64,000 nt of DNA from Lytechinus pictus. Taxonomy: Eukaryota. The stretch is taken from NCBI RefSeq assembly GCF_037042905.1, contig NC_087246.1, positions 9,488,001 through 9,552,000 of the forward strand, written 5' to 3'. Positions within the stretch are counted from its first letter, which is position 1, and each line of letters opens with the position of its first letter. Made by a program: the position numbers and the translations under genes. Of the stretch, positions 41,121 to 53,309 are shown piece after piece. The notes beneath the pieces were generated by a model. The model worked only from the letters and a program-made list of their open reading frames with translations, did no database searches and was not told where the DNA came from.

Positions 41121-42607
41121 TATGGTGGTGTGTACTTAATTCGCAGTTTACCTGATTTTGTGCAGTCGAATATCTAATTAACATCTTGAAAAAGTGATAT
41201 CACCAACAGAAAAAGCGACCCAAAATTACTCAGTATGATAATATTCTTGAAGGTCTCAAATTGTAAAGACATTGGCAAAACATTGGCGAATTTTGTTACT
41301 TTTAGCGTACGCTCCGAGAAAATCTAAACTTTTTGGCAAGCATCAAGAAATCGTCAGTTTGCAAGGAGAGGTCTCCAAATAAGTAAAATGTGATACCAAC
41401 CAAATTTATGGCATTTTAACCTCCATCTGATATAATTATCTTACCTTTGTCTGCTTGATTACTTTTTTAAAGCTTTGCAAAACGATCGTGTGCAAATTAA
41501 GGTCACACTTTTTATGACACTTTTTCAGCCAAGTGCGCACTAGTCGATCGCCATGGAGTTTTGAGATCGCGATACGAGTGCAAACCTTGACCTACTTTAT
41601 AATTCCATCAAGCGAATTTGACTTTGCCTTTGGGATCTTGCCTTCCATCTGGTATTTATGATTTTGATTAATTTTGTGTGAACTGTAATTTTTAGATTGA
41701 AAACCAACTTTTTTTTCAAAATGTGCCAAATCATGGTCAGCCACATCATGACATAGAGTCCAGATTATATCTAGATCTGGATCCAACGTTAGATATTCTC
41801 AGCCCAGACCATCCCAATTACTAAAAAGTAATTGAAGCAAAGTTAGACTCATTATTTGATTCGTGTCTCTCTTTCATAATACTCGGCTCAGGTCTAGTCT
41901 AGCTACGTCTAAGGCTAAGCTCAGTCTCAACTCAACTCAGTCACAGGCACACATAGACCAAAAGCTTCGGTCTCTGTTATGTTGGTTGTTCAGCTGAACT
42001 CCGTTGGCTTCACTCTAAAAAAAAAAAAAAGTTTAAAAACTCCTCGAAACGGACGGCTGCCAGCTGTCTAAGGCACACAGTGACTGTCTTGTCATGGTTG
42101 CCTAACTAACTGATGAAGTATGGAAGTTGATTGAACTTCATTCAACTGTTCATGAATCAACTGAGTGGAGAATCGACTCTGAAACTGATAGTGATACGGT
42201 GAACATGGACTGGAGTCTTGGACCATGGTGAAAAACTGAAACAAAAAGCAAAACAATTAGCCTATGTTGTTAATCGCAGTCATATTCATAGTTAATGTTG
42301 AAAGACGAAACAGAGCTCTACATTAATAACGTTAGATCAACTTACAATTTTAAACTGGACTACTACTGGCACTGGCTTGAATTTGGAGTTTTGTTTAAAC
42401 TCTAAACTAGGCCTAAATAAAATTCAGTCGGCGTAGCTAGCTTGTTAACACAGCACAGAAGTAGGCTAGGCCTTAAGTCTCGTACACACACGTCAGCTTT
42501 ACGCAGCTGATCCAAATCGGTGAAGTAAGCAATTCAATTAATCACCTTGCTCGAAAGTGATAAGTGTCCGTCTGAGCACATTTAATGATTAATGATACTT
42601 CACTTAC

Positions 42608-42808
42608 GGTACATAGTTACAAAATTTAAGAAATCGAATAAAAAATAAATAAATACAAATTAAAAAAAAAAAGGCTGACAAAAGTTTCTTATATATTTTT
42701 TTGAAGAATACAAGCACGGAACATTTTTTTCCCTTTAGTGAATACTTGCAGGTACAATAAATGACAGAGCACGTTCAGATACGGAAGACCTCCACGGAAA
42801 TTCCGTGA
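42608..42808 (-). promoter_or_regulatory. Probable non-coding first exon / proximal promoter of DERL2
   Basis: Consensus donor gtaagtg at 42607 on the - strand; cluster of ETS-like CGGAA motifs at 42782-42805; the acceptor at 39439 needs an upstream partner. TSS not observable. Confidence 0.4.
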
Positions 42809-45800
42809 TAGTCCAGGATAGAAGGGGTCGAACCTTGTTTTTTTATATATACAATGTTTTTTTATGGTTTCTTGTCAATTCGAGGGTGCTGATTCCGAAT
42901 CTGAATGATGCCACTCGTGTAACCTTGAGCATTTTCTGCAAATTGGCAAAATCCAATATGGCCGCCAAAATATTCAAATTACCCATGAAAATTATAAAAT
43001 TGTCCACACATTGGCTTTAAAGTACATGCAATTGTGCTGCCGGAGTGAAATAATATCTGAAAAAATGATTTGTGTCAAAATATTTATTTTCTTGATATCA
43101 AAATGGCCGCCATCATAGACCCCTGTACAATATGAATGAGGAAAATTAATTTTTACAAAATTGAGCACTGAAATGCAAGTAATTATGATCTATGAGTGAA
43201 GCAATGTCTGTAAACATGATTGCTAACGATATATATCATTTGTTATGTCAGTTATGTGATAAATCCTGTATTTTGATATTCAAAATGGCCTTCAAAAGCC
43301 CTAACACTATTATGTACAATGGTGACACAAAAAAATCACAAGAGTGAGCACTAAAATGCATTTTGTTGAGATAAACGAGTGGAATACTGACTAAAAACAT
43401 TTTTGTTAACGAAATTTATCATTTAACATGCCATGTATGTGATAAACCCTGTATTCTGATATTTAATATGACCGCCAAAGGCCCTAAAATTATGATCTAC
43501 GATGTGAGAGAGGACAAAAACAATCACAAGGTGAGCACTAAAACGTATTTTTTGTGGTAAATTAGTGGAATACTGTCTTCAAATATAATTTGCAACGAAA
43601 TATATTATTCGGGTTTCATATTTGTGTTAAATATTGTATTTTGACTTTCAAAATGGCCGCTAAAAGACATTGACTGTATTATGTACAATCGATCTGGGAA
43701 ACCAATTTTCACATGAGTCAGCACCATAACATGCATATAATTGTGATTTAAGAGTAAAATATTGTCTGAAAACATAATTCCTAACAAGATATATCATTCA
43801 TTCTGCCAGGTAGGTGATAAATAATGTATTTTGAAAGTCAAAATGGCCGCTACAGGCCCTAACAGTAGGCCTATTATGTACTTTGTGAATGGGAACATAT
43901 AATTTTAACAGAATTTGGCTTTGCTTGACTAAATGGTGTTGCATGTATGAGTGAAATATCGTCTGAAAATATGATTTTGTAACCAAATAGATCATTTCTT
44001 ATGTTATTTAGGTGATAAATGCTATATTTAAATGTCAAAATGGCTGCAATATGTTTCTTTGTGGAAATTATCTTTCCCCAATCAAATTTTACATATTAAG
44101 ATAAGGGACTACGGCGGCCATTTTTCATTTTTAAAAGGCTGCATTCATCACCTTTATGACACAAGCTATGATATATTTCGTTAGAAATCATTGGGTTTAG
44201 ACAATACTTAAAGATAAATTCCAGTTTTGGTAACGATCTAAAAATGACTTTTTACAGAATCTAATATAATGACCACCTAAGTGTCTGTTTGTATGAATAA
44301 AAAATATGTGCCAAAGGATTCTGGAAGAAATTGTGTGATTGCTGAGAAATAAGCAAAATAAGCGCGGATTCGGTCACTTCCGTCGGGTCTTTATTTTAGC
44401 AATAATAATACACTGTCCCACGTGTGCCTATCTGTGTTGGTGATCTTCAGTGTGAACATTTTTCAGCGTAGATTTCAAGATTTCAAAAAGTTCAGTTTAT
44501 GTAACTGTACCAGATCTAGATCCTCGATGATATACTGACAATTAAGCCTTGTTTTTACAGACTTTCTCATGAAATCAGTGTTTACTGCAAATACTGGAAT
44601 TTCTCTTTAACACTTACATCAAAATTAAGCCATTTTCATAGTAAAAATTTTGTCAAAATTATCTGTCCCCAGTTACAATGTACATACTACTTTGGGCTAT
44701 GGCAGCAATTTTGAATTTCAAAGTAAGGCCTTTATTACCTTCTCAACCATTATGTGATGTATTTAGTCAGAAATCATGTTCAAGACCAAATTTTACCGAT
44801 ACATCACATAGTTACGTGCGTTTTTGGTTCTCATTCTGGTGATGATTAGTTTCCCTATACGCATGTTACAGAATTTGTAGGGGCTTGTGCGGCCGTTTTG
44901 AAAGTCAAAATACAGTATTTATCACCTATGGGAGAGGAAATGTTATATTTCATTAAAAAAATCACGTTTTCAAACAATATTTTCCTTATACAACATAATT
45001 ATATGGATTTCATAGTCAGGCAAATCCTAATTCTTTCAAAAGTATTTGTCCCCATTTACATTGTAGATAATACTGTAAGGGCCCATAGGGGCCATTTTGA
45101 ATTTTACAATACAGCATTCATCTCATGCATGAAAAATGAAATGATATGTTTCGCCAGAAATCATGTGTTTAGACAATATTTCACTCGTATAGATTACAAT
45201 TGCATTCATTTTATTGTTTTTACTCTTGTGAAAATTAGTTTCTTCATTCGCTTTGTTCATAATACAGATAGGGCCTATGGCAGCCATTTTGAATGTCAAC
45301 ATGCAGCATAATTACCGAAATTGCAAGGGAAATGATATGTTTCGTTAGAAATCCTTGTTGTCAGACGGTGTTACACCAATATTTCGCAGTTATTGGCATT
45401 TTAAAGTCAAACAAATTCAAAGGTTGTGAAAATTATATGTCCCCTTTTATATATTGTACACAGTATAAGGGGTCTATGACAGCCATTTTGAATATCATAA
45501 TACAGCATTTATCACATTAGATAGTATACAAATGACATAGTTTTGTTAATAGTCATGTTTTCAGACAGTAGTCCACTCGCAGGTCACAATCACATGCAAT
45601 AATAGTGCTCTTGTTTGAAAAAATATTTTGCCCATTCATATTCTACATAATAAAGTATACAGGGGTTATGGCGGCCATTTTGAATATCAATAAAATAAAT
45701 ATTTTGTCAAATATCGCTTTTCCAATTGGTATTTCACTTCTGCACAACAACTACATGCATTTTATAGCTAATGTGTTGGCAATTTTATGATTTTCATGGG

Positions 45801-45984
45801 TAATTTGCATATTTTGGCGGCCATATTGGATTTTGCCAATTTGCGGAAAATGCTCAAGGTTACAAGAGTGGCATCATTCAGATTCGGAATCAGCACCCTC
45901 GAATTGACAAGAAACCATAAAAAAACATTGTATATCTAAAAAAACAAGGTTCGACCCCTTGTCTATGGGGCCTATCCTGGACTA
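42809..45984. mobile_element. Non-autonomous DNA transposon, Academ-like, copy 1
   Basis: Termini TAGTCCAGGATAG...CTATCCTGGACTA; ~190-bp high-identity terminal inverted repeats; 3-bp TSD TGA (42806-42808 / 45985-45987); no transposase ORF. Superfamily inferred from TAG termini plus 3-bp TSD. Confidence 0.85.
44212..44606. mobile_element. Kolobok-like MITE nested in Academ-like copy 1
   Basis: TTAA TSD (44208-44211 / 44607-44610); termini AGATAAATTCCAGT...ACTGGAATTTCTCT; copy 2 shows the empty single TTAA at 48009-48012. Confidence 0.9.
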
Positions 45985-46599
45985 TGAAGACCTCGAGTGA
46001 CCCCTCAGTATTCCTTTAATGGGCAATATAGCTTATAATGAGCCAGAAGTTTTAATTAAGAGGGCAGATATGGCAGATGGGCAATTAAAAAAAGAGTTGG
46101 TACCTTCTTAATACATACATATAATTTTGCGATAGATTTTGGTATAATATTTAGAAAATAATATCATTAAAAAAAGCATATTTCACCCCCGGATTTCTGA
46201 CCCCCTTTTTCTTGTCTTTTTTTCAACCCTGTTCCACAATTTGGGATTGTGAAAAAAAACGGGGTCCATGGCCCAAAGTCACACCAGATTCCTATTGATC
46301 GAAGGAAATCTTAAGAATATTGGAGATCCTCAGAGTGGACAGATTCACTTCTAATGTTTTATTTAAAGACCTAGTGGGCCAATAATTCGAACGAAAATCA
46401 GACTTATGTAGGCCTCAGTACAGTTTAATGATCCATTAAGGTCCTACTTTTCTTACGATTTATGAGCCTACGCATGAAATAAATAAATAAATAAAAATAT
46501 ACAAAAAAATAAACAACCAAATTAAACACTGAAAAAGCACCCTCCTCTTTAACATACTCCTGTGAAGAAATCAAAGTTTATTCATATAGGCCACCGATA

Positions 46600-49384
46600 T
46601 AGTCCAGGATAGAAGGGGTCGAACCTTGTTTTTTTTATATATACAATGTTTTTTTATGGTTTCTTGTCAATTCGAGGGTGCTGATTCCGAATCTGAATGA
46701 TGCCACTCGTGTAACCTTGAGCATTTTCTGCAAATTGGCAAAATCCAATATGGCCGCCAAAATATTCAAATTACCCATGAAAATCATAAAATTGTCCACA
46801 CATTGGCTTTAAAGTACATGCAATTATGCTGCCGGAGTGAAATAATATCTGAAAAAATGAATTTTGTCAAAATATTTATTTTCTTGATATCAAAATGGCC
46901 GCCATCATAGACCCCTGTACAATATGAATGGGGAAAATTAATTTTTACAAAATTGAGCACAGAAATGCAAGTAATTATGATCTATGAGTGAAGCAATGTC
47001 TGTAAACATGATTGCTAACGATATATATCATTTGTTATGTCAGTTATGTGATAAATCCTGTATTTTGATATTCAAAATGGCCTTCAAAAGCCCTAACACT
47101 ATTATGTACAATGTGAATGGTGACACACAAAAAATCACAAGAGTGAGCACTAAAATGCATTTTGTTGAGATAAACGAGTGGAATACTGACTAAAAACATA
47201 ATTGTTAACGAAATTTATTAATTACATACATGCCATGTATGTGATAAACCCTGTATTTTGATATTTAATATGACCGCCAAAGGCCCTAAAATTATGATCT
47301 ACGATGTGAGAGAGGACAAAAGCAATCACAAGGTGAGCACTAAAACGTATTTTTTTGTGGTAAATTAGTGGAATACTGTCTTCAAATATAATTTGCAACG
47401 AAATATATTATTCGGGTTTCATATTTGTGTTAAATATTGTATTTTGACTTTCAAAATGGCCGCCAAAAACATTGACTGTATTATGTACAATCGATCTGGG
47501 AAACCAATTTTCACATGATTCAGCACCATAACATGCATACAATTGTGATTTAAGAATAAAATATTGTCTGAAAACATAATTCCTAACAAGATATATCATT
47601 CATTCTGCCAGGTAGGTGATAAATAATGTATTTTGAAAGTCAAAATGGCCGCTACAGGCCCTAACGGTAGGCCTATTATGTACTTTGTGAATGGAAACAT
47701 ATAATTTTAACAGAATTTGGCTTTGCTTGACTAAATGGTGTTGCATGTATGAGTGAAATATCGTCTGAAAATATGATTTTGTAACCAAATAGATAATTTC
47801 TTATGTTATTTAGGTGATAAATGCTATATTTAAATTTCAAAATGGCTGCAATATGTTTCTTTGTGGAAATTATCTTTCCCCATTCAAATTTTACATATTA
47901 AGATAAGGGACTATGGCGGCCATTTTTCATTTTAAAAGGCTGCATTCATCACCTTTATGACACAAGCTATGATATATTTCGTTAGAAATCATTGGGTTTA
48001 GACAATACTTAACACTTACATCAAAATTCAGCCATTTTCATAGTAAAAATTTTGTCAAAATTATCTGTCCCCAGTTACAATGTACATACTACTTTGGGCT
48101 ATGGCAGCAATTTTGAATTTCAAAGTAAGTCCTTTATTACCTTCTCAACCATTATGTGATGTATTTAGTCAGAAATCATGTTCAAGACCAAATTTTACCT
48201 ATACATCACATAGTTACGTGCGCTTTTGGTTCTCATTCTGGTGATGATTAGTTTCCCTATACGCATGTTACAGAATTTATAAGGGCTTGTGCGGCCGTTT
48301 TGAAAGTCAAAATACAGTATTTATCACCTATGGGAGAGGAAATGTTATATTTCATAAAAAAATCACGTTTTCAAACAATATTTTCCTTATACAACAGAAT
48401 TATATGGATTTCATAGTCAGGCAAATCCTAATTCTTTCAAAAGTATTTGTCCCCATTTACATTGTAGATAATACTGTAAGGGCCCATAGGGGCCATTTTG
48501 AATTTTACAATACAGCATTTATCTCATGCATGAAAAATGAAATGATATGTTTCGCCAGAAATCATGTGTTTAGACAATATTTCACTCGTATAGATTACAA
48601 TTACATTCATTTATTGTTTTTACTCTTGTGAAAATTAGTTTCTTCATTCGCTTTGTTCATAATAGAGATAGGGCCTATGGCAGCCATTTTGAATGTCAAC
48701 ATGCAGCATTATTACCGAAATTGCAAGGGAAATGATATGTTTCGTTAAAAATCCTTGTTGTCAGACAGTGTTACACCAATATTTCGCAGTTATTGGCATT
48801 TTAAAGTCAAACAAATTCAAAGGTTGTGAAAATTATTTGTCCCCTTTTATATATTGTACACAGTATAAGGGGTCTATGACAGCCATTTTGAATATCATAA
48901 TACAGCATTTATCACATTAGATAGTATACAAATGACATAGTTTTGTTAATAGTCATGTTTTCAGACAGTAGTCCACTCGCAGGTCACAATCACATGCAAT
49001 AATAGTGCTCTTGTTTGAAAAAATATTTTCCCCATTCATATTCTACATAATAAAGTATACAGGGGTTATGGCGGCCATTTTGAATATCAATAAAATAAAT
49101 ATTTTGTCAAATATCGCTTTTCCAATTGGTATTTCACTTCTGCACAACAACTACATGCATTTTATTGCTAATGTGTTGGCAATTTTATGATTTTCATGGG
49201 TAATTTGCATATTTTGGCGGCCATATTGGATTTTGCCAATTTGCGGAAAATGCTCAAGGTTACAAGAGTGGCATCATTCAGATTCGGAATCAGCACCCTC
49301 GAATTGACAAGAAACCATAAAAAAACATTGTATATCTAAAAAAACAAGGTTCGACCCCTTGTCTATGGGGCCTATCCTGGACTA
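46600..49384. mobile_element. Non-autonomous DNA transposon, Academ-like, copy 2
   Basis: Near-identical to copy 1, same orientation; own 3-bp TSD ATA (46597-46599 / 49385-49387). Confidence 0.85.
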
Positions 49385-49535
49385 ATATGGGTCTACAGGC
49401 TACAGATCCTCTGGTGCATATATGTTTACCAATGTGACATTGCATGAACGGGGGTTGTGCACCATGAATCTTGATGTCCCCTTTGCCAAACCATGCTTGT
49501 CCAGTATGATTTTAATAGAAATTGATTGCAATCGT

Positions 49536-50680
49536 TTCAATTTAATTCAATTCATTTATTCTTTCAATTAAAAAACAACAAATATGTACATTTGAAATAC
49601 ACATGTATATACACAACAACAAAAAATACATAAGCATAGTAAATTAATATTGTAAGTGATAGAAATAAATGGAAAATGAAACACCTGTAGAAAGCTTTTT
49701 TTAAAAAGCTTGTAAATGGCAGAAGTCCAAAAGTTAACAAAATACTAATATAATTACGATAATAATAATATTAGATGGCGCATGTATTTGAATTCAACGT
49801 CTTGCCCCCTGCCCCCACCTGTCCCCACCCCCTCCCCCTACCCCATCTCTCTCTCAGGTAGAATTCAAAATTAATAAGGCTAAACTTTAAATTGAAATGA
49901 AATTAATATGACAACAAATAAACTTTAAGATTTTTTTTTGAAAGTATTCAAAAATACATTCTCCGTAATAGAAGTTGGTAATGAGTTCCATACTGTGGGC
50001 CCTAACTGTTTTTTGCATATACTGCTTATATCAATATTCCAGATATGTAATTTTTTACTGTTTCGAGTGTTATATTTGTGAATCATATAATTAGTTTCAA
50101 ACATATTGGCAAGAGGAGGCAAAATGGTTCCATTGTTTTTGATACACTTGAATACAAAAATGGCAATTTGATAAGTGTTTAATTTATAAATATCTAATGT
50201 GCTTAACTGTTTGAATAGAGGTTTAGAATGAGCTAAATAATGCGAGTTTGTACAAATACGCAAGCAACGCTTTTGCAGTAAAAACAATGGTTTCAACTTT
50301 GAAGGGGCCCTTTGCCCAAACGATATTACCATAGGACAAATACGATAAAATTAGTGAATTATAAATAGTAAATAATATATTCAATGGTAAATAGTGTTTA
50401 AGTTTTGAAAGTAATCCTGTAGTTTTGCTGATTTTTGAAGAGATCATATGAGGCTTCCATGAGAGATTCTCATCTAATAGTATATACTTAGGAATTGTAT
50501 GTTAGAAACTCTTTCAATAAGGGTTTTATCCGCTATATATAATAGACAGTTCGGGTGATAGTATTTGTGAAAAATGAGAATTTGTGTCAAAATTTCCATT
50601 TGGGTAAAATATTTGCATGTGCATTGCTGATCTATATGTCTTATAATGAACATCTGCAACTAATGTATAATGTAAGCGTT
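49536..50680 (-). mobile_element. 5'-truncated, frameshifted LINE (CR1/L2 group, Crack/Daphne-like ORF2 3' end)
   Basis: DENLSWKPH, KISKTTGLLSKLKHYLP, IYNSLILSYLSYGNIVW, LQKRCLRIC, HSKPLF, HKYNTR, GPTVWNSLP; 3' UTR ending in AATAAA plus (TTGAA)-like tail on the - strand. Confidence 0.85.
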
Positions 50681-50965
50681 CGACACGAAAGGGCTAGGAT
50701 ATTTTTTTTCTAATAAAGAGCAAATACTTCAAAATGTATTATTCGATATTGCGATGAAATGAGACCGGAATTGAACCTCCTTCTCATTCACACTATAATG
50801 ATACCGACCAGCTATTGCGATCGCTATTCAAGAGAGAACAATATAAAGGGTACAGCTTTATTAAAAGGGCTATGACTATATAGTTTGCCTATTAAACTTT
50901 ATAGGCCCAATTTGAAAATTCGTCATTTTTGGATCCCAATAGATGCTATAGGTGTCTGCAACTTG

Positions 50966-51225
50966 CAAGGGCGGATCCATTATTTTCTAAGGGGGGGGGG
51001 GGCACATTTTCCCGAGGATAAATTTGACAAGGACAAAAAAAAGGGTTTTAACCAAAAAATAAGGGTATTTCGTCCAAGAAAAAAAATGACAAGCAAAAAA
51101 AAAGGTCTTCACTTTCAAGGGGGGGGGGGGCACACTTCGGTTTTAATGGCCTTTTTACATTACAAATTTTAATTGTGCCTCTCAAGGGGGGGGGGGGCGG
51201 CTTTGCTTCCCCCTGGATCCGCCAG
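50966..51225. mobile_element. Short TIR element with GGCGGATCC...GGATCCGCC ends and poly-G tracts
   Basis: Inverted GGCGGATCCA / TGGATCCGCC termini; internal duplicated aagggggggggggcaca; no clear TSD. Confidence 0.6.
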
Positions 51226-51508
51226 GTTCTCTATATAGTCAGGCTACTCTCATTGTTTTGAAATCACTTGGAGACGAATTAAAGAATAGGCTTTTCTCTA
51301 TCAGCTAAGTGCTGGCATGCTGTTCTGCTACATAGTAAAGCCAGTTTTATTTTCTCGAACCACTTGGAGAGGAATTCGCGCTCGCATCAATAAATAGATA
51401 CCCTATCATGGTTACCAAAAGTGCTTATATAGAATGTCCAGTGTTGGGTCGGAATATCACAGATTTTCAGCTCGCATTCGTGCTCGCGCGTCAATCTTAC
51501 CAAAGTTG

Positions 51509-52390
51509 AAGATTGCTGAAAATAAAAAATGCGTTCCCGAAGTTCTGGCTTGACAAATTACGTAATAGTGCACGAAATATAAATAGCATGTCATCGAAAT
51601 CCAGCACTATTGAAATATCAACAGGTGACTGTATAGAAATCACCCGAGAAATCAATGGCATGAAAGCCAGACATTTTTATCATTTGATGATCGAAAAGGA
51701 AAAAAGAGACCTCCCTTGTATTCATTTTTTGAATGATTTCTTTAGCTTGCCTCTTGAATTTAATTGGAAACGATTATTAGAGTTTAAACTTGATTTTATA
51801 AACGACAACAGGATTAAACAATTTAATTTTAAATTAATTCATAGAATACTACCAAGTAAAGACAATCTTTGCAAATGGAAAATTAAAAATGATATTTTAT
51901 GTAATATTTGTAAAGTTCCAGAAACCAGTATTCATATTCTTTTTACCTGTCAAGTGGTAACAGCATTTTGGAAAATTGTTTCTAAATTAATAAATGCTTT
52001 GTTCGATGTAAAGATTGTTTTGAACGAAAAAATGATCGTGATATGTCATGAAATAGAAAGAACAGAAATGAATGTGGTTAACCTTATTTTAAATTTTTCG
52101 CAATATGTAATCTATAGGAATTATATTACAAAATGTTTTGGAAACGACAAGCATATGACCCATGCTTTTTATTTTATGAAAGATCTAAAGATAGAAATTC
52201 GAAATTATTTAAGAAGAAAATGTAATCAGAAGAGACTTGATTTAAAACAGGTCTCTTTCTTTCAATCCTTTAGTTCCTGTTTCGTTATTTTATCTATGTA
52301 TATTTTTGTATGTGACTTTTGTAAAAACGATTGTAATTAAATATCATATGAAAAAATAAAGTCCCTCTTATGAGGATTAAAGAGGAAAAA
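51509..52390 (+). mobile_element. 5'-truncated L1/Tx1-clade LINE (ORF2 C-terminal zinc knuckle)
   Basis: FNFKLIHRILP...LCNICKVPETSIHILFTC; AATAAA at 52355; short A tail; 16-bp TSD aatcttaccaaagttg (51493-51508 / 52391-52406). Confidence 0.92.
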
Positions 52391-52789
52391 AATCTTACCA
52401 AAGTTGCTTAGAATGTCCAAAAATTACGAGGGTAGGAAATTTAAGAATTTTCAGCTCGCGTTTCCCCTGTCGCATCAATTGTTTAGTAAGATATACCCAT
52501 TCTGCTCATGCTAACAAAAACTGATCAGAATGTTCAATTTTCAGGTTTGCATAAATACCCCCAAGTATAATAGTTCGCGCTTCGAGCTTGCATTATTTTA
52601 TTTGGCCTGTTCTTCCTTAGCTTGTTTGTATGTTAAAACCCGTTAGTCTTTAGTAAGGAATACCCCCTCAAAAACAACAAAACTCAGCTTTTAATGGCTG
52701 ATCGGGAAAAATATGAATGAAAACATTCCTCATTCATTGGCGAAAGCTGGCCTACATTTTTTGAAAGCATTAAACGAGAGGTATCAATC

Positions 52790-52900
52790 TCTAGATTGGC
52801 GGGTTCGTTTCGCTGAATCAATTAATTAGTAAGCGATAATTTCAGTTTACCGGCACGGATTTTCACGTGTGGTATAAATCGAAAAGCTCTGCGCTGTAGA
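52790..52900 (+). promoter_or_regulatory. Probable DHX37 proximal promoter
   Basis: Reverse CCAAT overlapping E2F-like TTGGCGGG at 52795-52803; E-box CACGTG at 52864-52869; local CpG enrichment just upstream of the ATG. Confidence 0.45.
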
Positions 52901-52988
52901 TCCACTACACTACATTCCAAAGTTTGTTTAAATGGTTTTTATATTATTGTCCATGAGCCAAAAACAAAAAGCAGAGTTTTAAGTCGAA

Positions 52989-53309
52989 ATGGGGAAAAGG
53001 AAACGTAACTTCAATGCTAGGGCACGTCAAATCGTTGACGATTCCGAGGTTAGGAAAGCCCATCGGACTCCTTGCGTGGCTGTAGAAGAAGTATCAACGG
53101 ATGGTCGTTCTTCCCTGCCCCCGGAACTCCGGGGTGCAAGTCACAGCTGTGTGCTGGACAGCAATGCGCTGGTGTTGCCAGGCAAGAAAACGGATACCGA
53201 TATCGAGACGAAAAGACTGAAAGCCGAGCAAAATCAGCCGAAGCAACTCAGTAAAAAACAGCGTAAGAAACTGCAGAAAGTACTGGAGCAGAAAGAAAAG
53301 AAAGGGAAG
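52989..53309 (+). CDS. DHX37: DHX37 (Dhr1-type DEAH RNA helicase) exon 1
   Basis: MGKRKRNFNARARQ...SNALVLPGKK...LSKKQRKKLQKVLEQKEKK, typical DHX37 N-terminus; donor gtaagt at 53310. Confidence 0.92.

Noticed and set aside
42775..42800. ER-stress element (ERSE) for DERL2
   Set aside because: CCACG is present but there is no CCAAT 9 nt upstream.
42805..49190. Duplicated ORFs or a segmental duplication
   Set aside because: The duplicated unit has TIRs and distinct TSDs, so these are TE copies; ORFs are short and disrupted differently in each copy.
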